A program made the position numbers and the translations under genes. From positions 1-64,000 of the forward strand of contig JBDRRP010000009.1 in assembly GCA_043825735.1 (NCBI GenBank): 64,000 nt of DNA, given 5' to 3'. Below the pieces are notes generated by a model. The model made no database searches. It had not been told where the DNA came from and saw only the letters and a list, made by a program, of their open reading frames with translations. Each line of letters begins with the position of its first letter. Positions within the stretch are counted from its first letter, which is position 1. The DNA comes from Pseudomonadota bacterium (GTDB taxonomy: Bacteria; Desulfobacterota; Desulfobacteria; Desulfobacterales; JBDRRP01). This document shows positions 19,703 through 28,092 of the stretch, piece by piece.

Positions 19703-21232
19703 TTAATCGTCTTCCCGCAAGGCAAGTGCCATTCGCGCCAACGCCTGGCGATCGATTTTTCCCATGTCGGTCAGGGGAAGCGCATCGATAAAAAACCAGA
19801 GCCCGGGCACCGCCAGGTCATTCATTTTCGCCCGGGCAAAGACGGTGAGTTCGTCCTCTGCGGGCCGATCAGCCGGGTCGGCCGGTACGATAAATGCCGC
19901 CACGGCCTGCCCGTGCGCCGCATCAGGGATGCCGGTGACGCCGCAGGCCTTCACTTTGGGGTGGGTGTTGAGGTCGTTTTCCACCTGGGCCGGAGAAATG
20001 TTGGAGGTATCGCGGACGATGATGTTTTTCTTTCTTCCGATAAAAATGAAATAACCATCGGCGTCCTGGCGTCCCAGATCGCCAGTGTGAAGCCATCCGT
20101 CGACAATGGCACCAGCCGTGGCTTCCGGATCGTTCCAGTACCCGGCCATCACACTGGGCGTCCTGAGAATGATTTCTCCCACTTCGCCCTGCGTGACCGG
20201 CCGTCCCCGGTCGTCGATGAGGCGCGCGTCCACACCATGCATGGGCAAGCCGATGGTGCCCGGTTTGAACGGGCGGTCGATGGGGCCGATGATGGCTGCG
20301 CCGCATTCGGTGAGCCCGAGTCCGATATGCAGCTCCCGGCCGGTCTTCCGGAAGAAATCCTGCTGGAGCGCGAGGGGGGTGGCATCCCCGCCGCTGAACA
20401 TCGCTTTGAGGGAACTGAAATCTTCCCGGATGCCGTCCGGGCAGTTCAGCAGGCGCTGAACCTGCATAGGGGCGGCTGCGGCGAATGTGGGACGACGGGT
20501 CCGCAGCAGGGTCAGATACCTTTCCGGAGAAAATTGCGACATCAGCAGCGCGGTGCCGCCGCAGGCGATCATGGGCAGCAGGACGATGCTCACCGCGGCG
20601 CCGTGGCACAGCCAGCTGGAGGTCAGAAAGCCGTCGTCGGCCGTGTGACCCAGGGTGATGCGGCGGCTTTCCATGGCATGAAACAGGCTCTCCTGGGTCA
20701 AGGTCACGCCCTTTGGCCGGCTGGTGGTGCCCGAGGTGAATGCCACCATGGCGGGATGGCTCCCGTCAACCCGGGGCCACGCAACAGTATGCGGGGCGCT
20801 GAAGAGGGCATCCGTCCATGGCTGTGTGTCCCCTGTCGGGTCACCGCCCACCGCATAAACCCCTTCCAGACAGGGGGCGATCCGTCGGATGCCCATGGCT
20901 GCCGGCAGTTTCTCCGCGCCGACAAGAAGGATGCGGCTGCCGCACAGGTTGGTCACATACGCCAGCTCTTCGGTTTTGTAGTAGTACTTCGAGGGTACGG
21001 CCACCACCCCGAGCCGCGAGCAGGCCAGGTAGAGCGCCGCCAGTTCCGGGCGGTTTCCCATGAACAGCGACACCCGGTCTCCCGGGTGCAGACCGAGGCC
21101 ATGCAGCGCCCGGGCGAAACGATCCACCGCCAGGTCCAATTGGCGGTAGGTGACCACGACATCGTCGATGATCAGCGCCGCCTTGTCCGGCGTGCGTTCC
21201 AGGGCCGTCAAATACATTTCATGGAGCAGCAT
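19703..21232 (-). CDS. AMP-binding acyl-CoA synthetase/ligase
   Basis: 'FTSGTTSRPKGV', 'GLTEC', 'GWLHTGDLG', 'GRKK' and 'LPLTDMGKIDR'. Confidence 0.92.
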   Translation of the reverse strand: MLLHEMYLTALERTPDKAALIIDDVVVTYRQLDLAVDRFARALHGLGLHPGDRVSLFMGNRPELAALYLACSRLGVVAVPSKYYYKTEELAYVTNLCGSRILLVGAEKLPAAMGIRRIAPCLEGVYAVGGDPTGDTQPWTDALFSAPHTVAWPRVDGSHPAMVAFTSGTTSRPKGVTLTQESLFHAMESRRITLGHTADDGFLTSSWLCHGAAVSIVLLPMIACGGTALLMSQFSPERYLTLLRTRRPTFAAAAPMQVQRLLNCPDGIREDFSSLKAMFSGGDATPLALQQDFFRKTGRELHIGLGLTECGAAIIGPIDRPFKPGTIGLPMHGVDARLIDDRGRPVTQGEVGEIILRTPSVMAGYWNDPEATAGAIVDGWLHTGDLGRQDADGYFIFIGRKKNIIVRDTSNISPAQVENDLNTHPKVKACGVTGIPDAAHGQAVAAFIVPADPADRPAEDELTVFARAKMNDLAVPGLWFFIDALPLTDMGKIDRQALARMALALREDD

Positions 21233-21233
21233 G

Positions 21234-22625
21234 TCAGCCTCCCGGCGTCAGAGCGGGGTTTGCCGCATTTTCCAAAAACCGCACCAGGGCCGGCCTCAGC
21301 TCCGCGGCCCTGATCACCCGCTCGATAAGTCCTTTTTCAACCAGCAGGCGAGGGTCCTCCGATTGGGCGATCATCATTGCCACCCGCTGGCGGTCTTGGG
21401 GGTTAATATCCCGCGCCGCAGCGAATCGCTCCAGCGCCTTTCGGCCAAAGATGGAAACGGAGGCCGAAGGCAGTGCCCAGACGTGCCGCGGATCGAAACC
21501 CGGTCCGGCCATGGCGTAAAGCCCCGCCGTATAGGCCTTGCGGACCACCACGCAGAGTTTCGGCACGCTGGCACGGGCGATGGCGGCCAACAGATCGGCG
21601 CCCGCCCGGACGATGCCGGTGGCTTCGGTCTCTTCCCCGACCATGAACCCCGGCGTGTCGGCGAAAAAGACCATGGGGATGCCGAATCCGTCGCAGAAAC
21701 GGATGAAGTCGGTCATCTTGCGGCAGGTCTCCGGGAAAAGGATGCCGCCGCGGGCGACGGAATTGTTGGCGATAACACCCACCGTCCGCCCCGCGATTCT
21801 TCCCAGGCCCACCAGGCTCTCTGGGGCGAACAGGGCCTTGGTTTCGAGAAAAGAGCCCGCGTCACCGCAGGCCGCCACCAGCGCGTGCATGTCAAACGGT
21901 CGGTTCGGGTCCGCGGGGACGATATCGTCAGGCGGCACGGCACCCGCAGCCGGTGGTGCCGGCGCGGCCACCGGACAGGGCCTTCCTGCCGCCTCCGGCA
22001 CTCGGGACAACCATCGCCGGGCCCATGCCAGGGCGGCGGCGGTGTCTTCCGCAAGCACGTCCCCGACGCCGGAGACGGTGCAGTGCATGGCGGCCCCGCC
22101 GAGCCGTTCGAAGTCTGTTTCCTGACCGATCATGAACCGCACCGCATCGGGGCGGCCGATGCACACGGCGGCCTGCCGGGCCATGACCACCACGTCGCAA
22201 AGGGATACCGGGAAGGAAAGGGCTGCGCCGACGCGGCCGACGACCACCGCGATTTGAGGCACGGTGTACCGCAGCCGCGCCTGCATGCTGTACAACCTTC
22301 CCACGCCGTCGGCGGACACCATCAGGCGGTCGGCATCCGGGGGAATCGGTGTCTTGCCGCCGGCCTGCTGCACGGTGCCCGGGGCGTCCACGATCAGGGC
22401 CAGGGGGGCCGGATCTCTTTCGACCGCCTCGAAGAAGGCCGCCTGCTTGGCGACGCCTTCCAGCGGCGTCATGGTCGGCGGGGCGGTGTTGGCTGCGGAG
22501 ATGTACACGCCCCGCCCCGCGACTCGGGCTCGGCCGGTGATATAGTTGCCCCGGCCGGCCGGGGCAAACTCCTCGAAGCTGGCCGGATCCACCAGGCCTT
22601 CGATTCTGTGGTAGGCATCGTTCAT
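21234..22625 (-). CDS. Acyl-CoA carboxylase carboxyltransferase (beta) subunit, divergent N-terminal half
   Basis: 'LGGAAMHCTVSGV', 'GRTVGVIANN', 'FIRFCDGFGIP...DTPGFMVG' and 'RKAYTAGLYAM'. Confidence 0.88.
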   Translation of the reverse strand: MNDAYHRIEGLVDPASFEEFAPAGRGNYITGRARVAGRGVYISAANTAPPTMTPLEGVAKQAAFFEAVERDPAPLALIVDAPGTVQQAGGKTPIPPDADRLMVSADGVGRLYSMQARLRYTVPQIAVVVGRVGAALSFPVSLCDVVVMARQAAVCIGRPDAVRFMIGQETDFERLGGAAMHCTVSGVGDVLAEDTAAALAWARRWLSRVPEAAGRPCPVAAPAPPAAGAVPPDDIVPADPNRPFDMHALVAACGDAGSFLETKALFAPESLVGLGRIAGRTVGVIANNSVARGGILFPETCRKMTDFIRFCDGFGIPMVFFADTPGFMVGEETEATGIVRAGADLLAAIARASVPKLCVVVRKAYTAGLYAMAGPGFDPRHVWALPSASVSIFGRKALERFAAARDINPQDRQRVAMMIAQSEDPRLLVEKGLIERVIRAAELRPALVRFLENAANPALTPGG

Positions 22626-24127
22626 GGGGCCTTGTCGCTGTTGAAGGTGTCCTGCTCGCGAATGGCGTCTCTGAGTTCGCAGGCGATAGGATCGGCCAGT
22701 CGGATCTGGTCGTAGTCGATGACCAGGTTATTGAGGTATTGGAGCACCAGCGCGTCCTTTCCGTGGAGACCGTCCGGTAGGATACCCGAAAAGATAAATC
22801 CCATGGCCGTCATCTCTTCGGACAGGACCGGTGTGCCCGGGTGCTCCAGGTTCAAAAAGGCGTAGACAACCTCCGTCCCCTCCTGGCGCAGGTGGTGCAG
22901 CGCCTGTTGCACCGCAGTGCCGGTGCCTTCGTCCGTTGCCATGATGGTGAGCTCAGCGGTGCCGAGCACATCGATCTTTTTGACCAGAATCCGATCACCG
23001 GCGCCGGCTTTTTCCAGCGGCGCGCCGCCCGCCACGTCAATGGGAAGGCCGAGCTGCCCGTAAAGCCGCGCCACCCAAGGCCTGTGGCGCCGGGGGGGAA
23101 ATATCCGCCGCCGCCGGGGGGCCGCCGCCGCCACCCACAGGGTAACGGCACTGAGTTTTTGGTGGATTGTGCCGGTGAGTCCCTTGAACCCCACGTCGTG
23201 GGGCAGCGCGCCGACCTGAATGCCGCAGGCCTTCATCCCGATGCCGCGGACCAACTCCTGGGCTGCCGTGTGGCCGGTGACGGCGCGGCTGAACACGGCG
23301 GTGATCCCCAGGGCCGGGGCCTGCGCCAGCAAGGCGCTCTGGATGCGTTGCGCCACGCCCATTCTTCGCCAATCCGGAGCCACGAAAGCTACGCCCAGTT
23401 CCGCCAAGAGGGCGCCGGGCGCTTCCCGCTTAAGGGCCATGTGCCCAGCGAGACGGCCCTCTTCGGACACGGCCACGTAGGATACCATGGTGCCGTTGCC
23501 ATTGAGCTCCACAATGCGCTCGGGGTAGTAGATATAGTCTTCATACCCGTACCCGTAGCAGTGATAGGCGGCTCTGGAGATTTCCAGGGCCTCTTCGGGC
23601 CTGAAGGGCCGGACGGTGAGGTGGCGGGGGTCTTTTTCTCCGCCGGCATGGGCCGGGAACGGTTGCGCGGCGTCGCCCAGCATCCGGTTGACGTGCTTGC
23701 CGTCCAGGTGCTTGGTGATCTGGATTTCCCAGCCCTGGCGTCCCTTGTTGCGGTAGACGATTTCGTCCACGGCAGCCTTGGCCAGATAGGTGCCCAGCCC
23801 GGCGGGATCACAGTCAAGGCGCAGCGCTTTCGGGTCGAATGCAGGGATGCTGCCAGGGTCGAACGGCAGGCCTTTTTCGTGGATCACCAGCCGAAGGCCT
23901 GTGGTGAACGGCGCGCAGGTGAGCGTGATGGCGCCCCCGGGATCGTTGGCATATCCGTGCTTGATGACGTTGCACAGCATTTCTTCCAGGGCCAGACGGA
24001 TCTCACATCGCTCTTGCGGGTCGAATCCCATCCCCTCGGACAGCGCTTCCACGTAGGCCAGGGTGGGCGTCAGCTGCGTCATGAGCGCCGGCACGATGAG
24101 TTGGGAAGAAAGATGCAGTGTCGTCAT
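22622..24127 (-). CDS. RsbW-like HATPase + GNAT N-acetyltransferase fusion protein
   Basis: N-terminal 'LALEEMLCNVIKHGY', 'EKGLPFDP' and 'GLGTYL' (N/G boxes). Central GNAT motif A 'FVAPDWRRMGVAQ'. Confidence 0.82.
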   Translation of the reverse strand: MTTLHLSSQLIVPALMTQLTPTLAYVEALSEGMGFDPQERCEIRLALEEMLCNVIKHGYANDPGGAITLTCAPFTTGLRLVIHEKGLPFDPGSIPAFDPKALRLDCDPAGLGTYLAKAAVDEIVYRNKGRQGWEIQITKHLDGKHVNRMLGDAAQPFPAHAGGEKDPRHLTVRPFRPEEALEISRAAYHCYGYGYEDYIYYPERIVELNGNGTMVSYVAVSEEGRLAGHMALKREAPGALLAELGVAFVAPDWRRMGVAQRIQSALLAQAPALGITAVFSRAVTGHTAAQELVRGIGMKACGIQVGALPHDVGFKGLTGTIHQKLSAVTLWVAAAAPRRRRIFPPRRHRPWVARLYGQLGLPIDVAGGAPLEKAGAGDRILVKKIDVLGTAELTIMATDEGTGTAVQQALHHLRQEGTEVVYAFLNLEHPGTPVLSEEMTAMGFIFSGILPDGLHGKDALVLQYLNNLVIDYDQIRLADPIACELRDAIREQDTFNSDKAP

Positions 24128-24145
24128 CGTCGGTGGATGCTCCGG

Positions 24146-25582
24146 TCAGTGTGACAGCGCTTCGGCCAGCACGAAATCCAGTTCGGTCTTGGTGTTGCCG
24201 ATCATCCCGTCATCGATTCCAAGATCATCGAGAAGCTCGAAAAGCACCGGCGGCGGGTGGACATACCCGAGTTCCCGGGCCTGTTTGAGGCCCTCTTCCC
24301 GGGAAATCATTCCGAAGAAAACGGACGCACTGATTTCCACCATGGACTGGGGAAAGAATACGGTGCGCATCTGCTTGAACCGCATGTATTGGAGATAGTC
24401 CTTGACCGGCTCGATACGGCAGCTGGTGTGCAGCATGTTCTCCTGGCCGTCGGGCATGCGCCAGTCCAGCTCCCGCCCCAGCAGATCGATGACGTCTTTC
24501 CAGCTGCCGTAGCTCTCGCGGGTGTTGAGTCGGGTGATGAGGGGGATGGGCAGGTCGGCATCGGCCTCCGCCTGGGCGATGATGTCCTGGAGGGGGCCGA
24601 AGAAATCGCTGAGCTGATGCTGCACCGAGGCGTGGTAGTTGGCGATTTCCGTTTCCCACCGCACGGGGGCCGTGAGGGCCCGCGGCAGGGCGCGCATCTT
24701 CAAAAAGGCCAGGGTGCGTTCCCGCGGCGACGGCGGCCCGGTGCATCCTGCCGGCGCCGCCGGCCGGGGGAAGACGTAGTCCACCACCGCCGCCTGGACA
24801 TCTTCCATGCCGAAGAGAATGTATGGGATGCGGTGCTGGTGGGCCAGGGGGTAGAAGAGGGGAAACGCCGCCGTGGGACACAGGCAGGCGGAGCCGATGG
24901 CGGATAGCTGCCCCCGCATGGCCGCGGTGACTGTCTCGCCGGGCAGGGTCCACTCGACGAACGACACCTCGGGCAGTCGTCGTTTGGCCCGGGCGATGTT
25001 GTCGTAGGCCGCCGGTTGGCAATAGGGCATGTTCCAGAAGGCCGCCAGAACGCGCAGGCCCAGATTGCGGGCCATGTGCCAGACGAGAAAAGAGGAATCC
25101 TTGCCGCCGGTGTAGAGCACCATGACGTCGAACCGGGACCCGGCCGTGACGCCCACAGCCTCCTTGAGGGCCGACTCACTCAGGGCCTGCACGAAGGAGG
25201 GTTTTCCGTCGTCTCCCCGGGCGTAACACTGGCAGAAGGCGCACACACCGTTTTCGTCGAATTCGAGCCCGGGGATGACCCAATCGTTGTTGACGCAGGT
25301 GGCGCAGGTGCGATGGTTGTCCGGCCCGGGCGCTGCGGTGACTTCGCTGCGGTCCACGATGGCGCCCAGCGCCTTGAGCGCCGCCAGTTCCCCGGCCGCT
25401 GCGCCGACGATGTCCGCCCACCCGGTGCGACCGTCCATGCGGGCGATGGCGCCGGCGGCCGCCGGCGTCAGCGAAACGAGCTGCCGGGCGTTGTGAGGCG
25501 GATTGCGCAGGCCGTAGTAGACCAGGGCCGGGCCCGTTTCCGTCATGCGCGACTGCCATCGGTACTGCAGCGTTGGGATCAT
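24146..25582 (-). CDS. PP-loop/AANH ATP-pyrophosphatase (N-acetyl-sugar-amidotransferase-like) with N-terminal winged-helix/RRE-like extension
   Basis: 'CATC...PGLEFDENGVCAFC', PP-loop 'LYTGGKDS', 'CLCP', 'HTSC' and 'GMISREEGL'. Confidence 0.75.
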   Translation of the reverse strand: MIPTLQYRWQSRMTETGPALVYYGLRNPPHNARQLVSLTPAAAGAIARMDGRTGWADIVGAAAGELAALKALGAIVDRSEVTAAPGPDNHRTCATCVNNDWVIPGLEFDENGVCAFCQCYARGDDGKPSFVQALSESALKEAVGVTAGSRFDVMVLYTGGKDSSFLVWHMARNLGLRVLAAFWNMPYCQPAAYDNIARAKRRLPEVSFVEWTLPGETVTAAMRGQLSAIGSACLCPTAAFPLFYPLAHQHRIPYILFGMEDVQAAVVDYVFPRPAAPAGCTGPPSPRERTLAFLKMRALPRALTAPVRWETEIANYHASVQHQLSDFFGPLQDIIAQAEADADLPIPLITRLNTRESYGSWKDVIDLLGRELDWRMPDGQENMLHTSCRIEPVKDYLQYMRFKQMRTVFFPQSMVEISASVFFGMISREEGLKQARELGYVHPPPVLFELLDDLGIDDGMIGNTKTELDFVLAEALSH

Positions 25583-26394
25583 GGTGCCTCGCTGATGATT
25601 TCAGAGGAGTCATAGATTTCGAAGGTCCGGGTGAGCATGTCCACATAGGTCACGCTGGGCGCCGTCACCACACGCTCGCGGGGGCGCTTTCCGGAAATGA
25701 TCAGTGCCGCCTCGGTGGCCACCAGGCCCCCGTTGAGCGCCGCCGCCCCGGCGCAGGTGGACAGATACGGGGTTTCGCCGTCCAGAAAGCGCGCAATGAT
25801 GTCGCCATATCGCTCAGAACCGAGGATCCGGTCCAGGGGCAGGCGGTATTCGGCCCATCGGGTGCGGTCCGCCGGCGCTTTGTAGAATTTTTCAAGCGTG
25901 AGACCTGCCGGATCGAAGATGGCCATCAGGGTCGCGAACCCGGGAATGGGCGCGGTGATGTTGAGAAGACCCAAAGCGCGGGCCGTTTGGGCCCACAAGG
26001 CCTTGTAGTCGAAGCCCATGTAGTCGATGGCATCGATGACCAGGTGGCTGCCGGCCATGAAGTCCCGGATGGCGCCGGGCTCTGCGGGGGCTGTGTCCAG
26101 GACGGTGAGTTTAAGGAAGGGATTGATGTCGCGCAGCAGATCGGCGGTGGCCAGAGCCTTGTTGCGGCCCAGGGTGCTGCCCATGGCGCCGAATTGGCGA
26201 TTCATGTCCGGTTCGTCGAACACCCCCGGGTCCATGATGGCCAGCTCACCGATACCGAAGCGCGCCAGGGTGGCCGCTTCGATGCCCCCCACGCCGCCCA
26301 CGCCGGCGATCGCCACCTTGGCCGCTTTGAGCCGGTCTTGCTCGTCATGGGTGAAAACGCCGATGTTGCGTTGATAGACTTGCCGGTAGTCCAT
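25579..26394 (-). CDS. ThiF/E1-like adenylyltransferase
   Basis: 'RNIG...EQDRLKAAKVAIAGVGGVG', 'DMNRQ...GRNKA' and 'VIDAID'. No Zn CxxC pairs and no rhodanese domain. Confidence 0.9.
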   Translation of the reverse strand: MDYRQVYQRNIGVFTHDEQDRLKAAKVAIAGVGGVGGIEAATLARFGIGELAIMDPGVFDEPDMNRQFGAMGSTLGRNKALATADLLRDINPFLKLTVLDTAPAEPGAIRDFMAGSHLVIDAIDYMGFDYKALWAQTARALGLLNITAPIPGFATLMAIFDPAGLTLEKFYKAPADRTRWAEYRLPLDRILGSERYGDIIARFLDGETPYLSTCAGAAALNGGLVATEAALIISGKRPRERVVTAPSVTYVDMLTRTFEIYDSSEIISEAP

Positions 26395-26458
26395 GGCCTG
26401 TTGCCGCGTTTGGGTTCAGGAAGGGGGGCAGGGTTGAGCATCCAAAGATGCAATAGCC

Positions 26459-26747
26459 TAGTGTCCATCCATAAACGGCATCTTTTGGCCCAGAGCTGCG
26501 TTTTTAAGCCCCAGACATCGCGGGGCTTACCGGTAAGGCATCGCGCCATCTTTATTCGCTCGCAATGCTCGCTGCGCCGGCCCGCACTTTTCGAAACCCG
26601 CCGGAGGCGGACAAGTCCTCGGGCTGTTCGTCTGGAACCCGGTGCGAAGCACTGGGTTTCTAAGACAAATAGCACGCTATTCCTCCGGTTTCGAAAATGC
26701 TCAAGCCTTGCTCTGAACCAAAATCTACCATTTCTGGACGGACACTA
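26459..26747. mobile_element. MITE family A copy (longest; TAGTGTCCATCCATAAA ... TTTCTGGACGGACACTA)
   Basis: 17-bp imperfect TIRs with TA at both ends. Sub-terminal blocks are shared with the 11680, 37006 and 61792 copies. Confidence 0.8.
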
Positions 26748-26775
26748 TCCTATAATTACACGAAGTAAATTTCAA
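26747..26775 (-). promoter_or_regulatory. Possible sigma70 promoter for the ThiF operon (TTGAAA-N17-TAGGAT)
   Basis: Read on the minus strand. The -10 box abuts the MITE end. Confidence 0.35.
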
Positions 26776-26800
26776 CCTTCCCTGATGGTGCGGGGGTCGG

Positions 26801-27925
26801 TTACATTTTCCGGACCACCAGGCTGCCGATGGAGTAGCCGGCGCCGAAAGAGCAAATGACACCGACAGCGCCGGCGCCAAGGTCTTCGTGGTGCCGGTTG
26901 AATGCGATGATGGAGCCGGCCGATGCGGTGTTGGCGAATCGGTCCAGCACCATGGGGGCCTCTCCGCCGGCGGGCTCACGCCCCAGCAGTTTTCGGATGA
27001 CCATGGCGTTCATGTTGATGTTGGCCTGGTGGAGCCACCAGCGGGTCACATCTTCCACGGCAAGATTAAGGCTCTTGAGGTGCTCGGAGATGTGATCCAC
27101 GGCCATGGGGCACACTTCCTTGTAGACTTTGCGCCCGTTCTGGTGAAAGAGTTTGTCCGGGCCGAAGGGGTCCACGTCGTGGGCCCGCGACAGGTGGCCG
27201 AAGTTGGAGCGGATGTTGCTGGAAAACAGGGTCATGGCCTTGGTCCCCAATACCGCGTAGCGGTGGGGGGCGGTTGCTGTCTCGGCCCGTTCCACGATCG
27301 CGGCCGTGCCCACATCACCAAAAATAAAATGGCTGTCGCGGTCGCGGAAATTGACCTGGGGCGTGACGAGCTCCGGGTTGATGGCGAGAACGCACCGGGC
27401 ACTTCCTGCGGCAACGGCGTCCACGGCCCGGTGCAGGCCGAAGGTGGCTGCCGAGCAGGCCACCAGCATGTCGAAGCCGGATCCGTCGATTCCCAGGGCC
27501 TGCTGCACCTCGATGGCGATGGCCGGGTAGGCGCGCTGGGTGTAGGCGCACGAAACGATGACCATGTCGATATCGGCTGCGCGCTTTCCGGCGGCGGCCA
27601 TGGCATCGCGAGCGGCGGCCACGGCGATTTCCGCCTGATGAGAGAGCTCGTCCTCTCTACGCTCGGCGATGCGCGGGCACATGCGCTCGATGTCGAGAAT
27701 GCCGTCCTTGACGTAGACGTAGCGGCTCTGAATACCCGAGGCCTTTTCGATAAACGCCGTAGAGGAGTGCTGCAGCGCTTCGATGCTGCCGGCGGAGATG
27801 GCCTCGGCGTTGGCTTCGTTGAAGGCGTCCGCGTAGGCGTTGTAGCTGTTCACCAGTTCCTGGTTGCTGATGCTGAACGGTGGTGTGTAGAGTCCGGTGC
27901 CGCTGATGACGGTGCTATGAGGCAT
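26801..27925 (-). CDS. Beta-ketoacyl-ACP synthase III (long FabH-like type)
   Basis: Catalytic Cys 'VACSAA', 'FIFGD', His 'LHQAN', Asn 'FANTASAG' and 'SFGAGYS'. Confidence 0.92.
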   Translation of the reverse strand: MPHSTVISGTGLYTPPFSISNQELVNSYNAYADAFNEANAEAISAGSIEALQHSSTAFIEKASGIQSRYVYVKDGILDIERMCPRIAERREDELSHQAEIAVAAARDAMAAAGKRAADIDMVIVSCAYTQRAYPAIAIEVQQALGIDGSGFDMLVACSAATFGLHRAVDAVAAGSARCVLAINPELVTPQVNFRDRDSHFIFGDVGTAAIVERAETATAPHRYAVLGTKAMTLFSSNIRSNFGHLSRAHDVDPFGPDKLFHQNGRKVYKEVCPMAVDHISEHLKSLNLAVEDVTRWWLHQANINMNAMVIRKLLGREPAGGEAPMVLDRFANTASAGSIIAFNRHHEDLGAGAVGVICSFGAGYSIGSLVVRKM

Positions 27926-28092
27926 GGCGACTGCTCTCTATGTGGGTTTAAACACTGAAGCCTGGAAGGCCGAAGATCGGAGGCAAACCGAAAGCCCGGC
28001 GCAGATACATTAACGCAGTGAAATCAGGCTCCTGTAGCATGCCCTGCGGATGCGGGCAACGGCTGGGGGCCGCAGATAATGTAATAGAATTG

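Noticed and set aside
26395..26800. RiPP precursor peptide upstream of ThiF
   Set aside because: The region is mostly a MITE. The 26202-26675 ORF is repeat-derived and overlaps ThiF out of frame, and no short ORF with an RBS is present.
19688..26859. Long plus-strand ORFs (e.g. 19688-21313, 21150-22715, 22841-24154, 25573-26859)
   Set aside because: These are antisense shadows of well-supported minus-strand genes, expected in high-GC DNA, with no recognisable motifs.
27975..28075. Possible c-di-GMP-I riboswitch (GGCAAACC-GAAA-..GGCGCA)
   Set aside because: It lacks the paired stem around GAAA and the GCAAAGC/second hairpin, and it is on the opposite strand to the adjacent KAS III gene.
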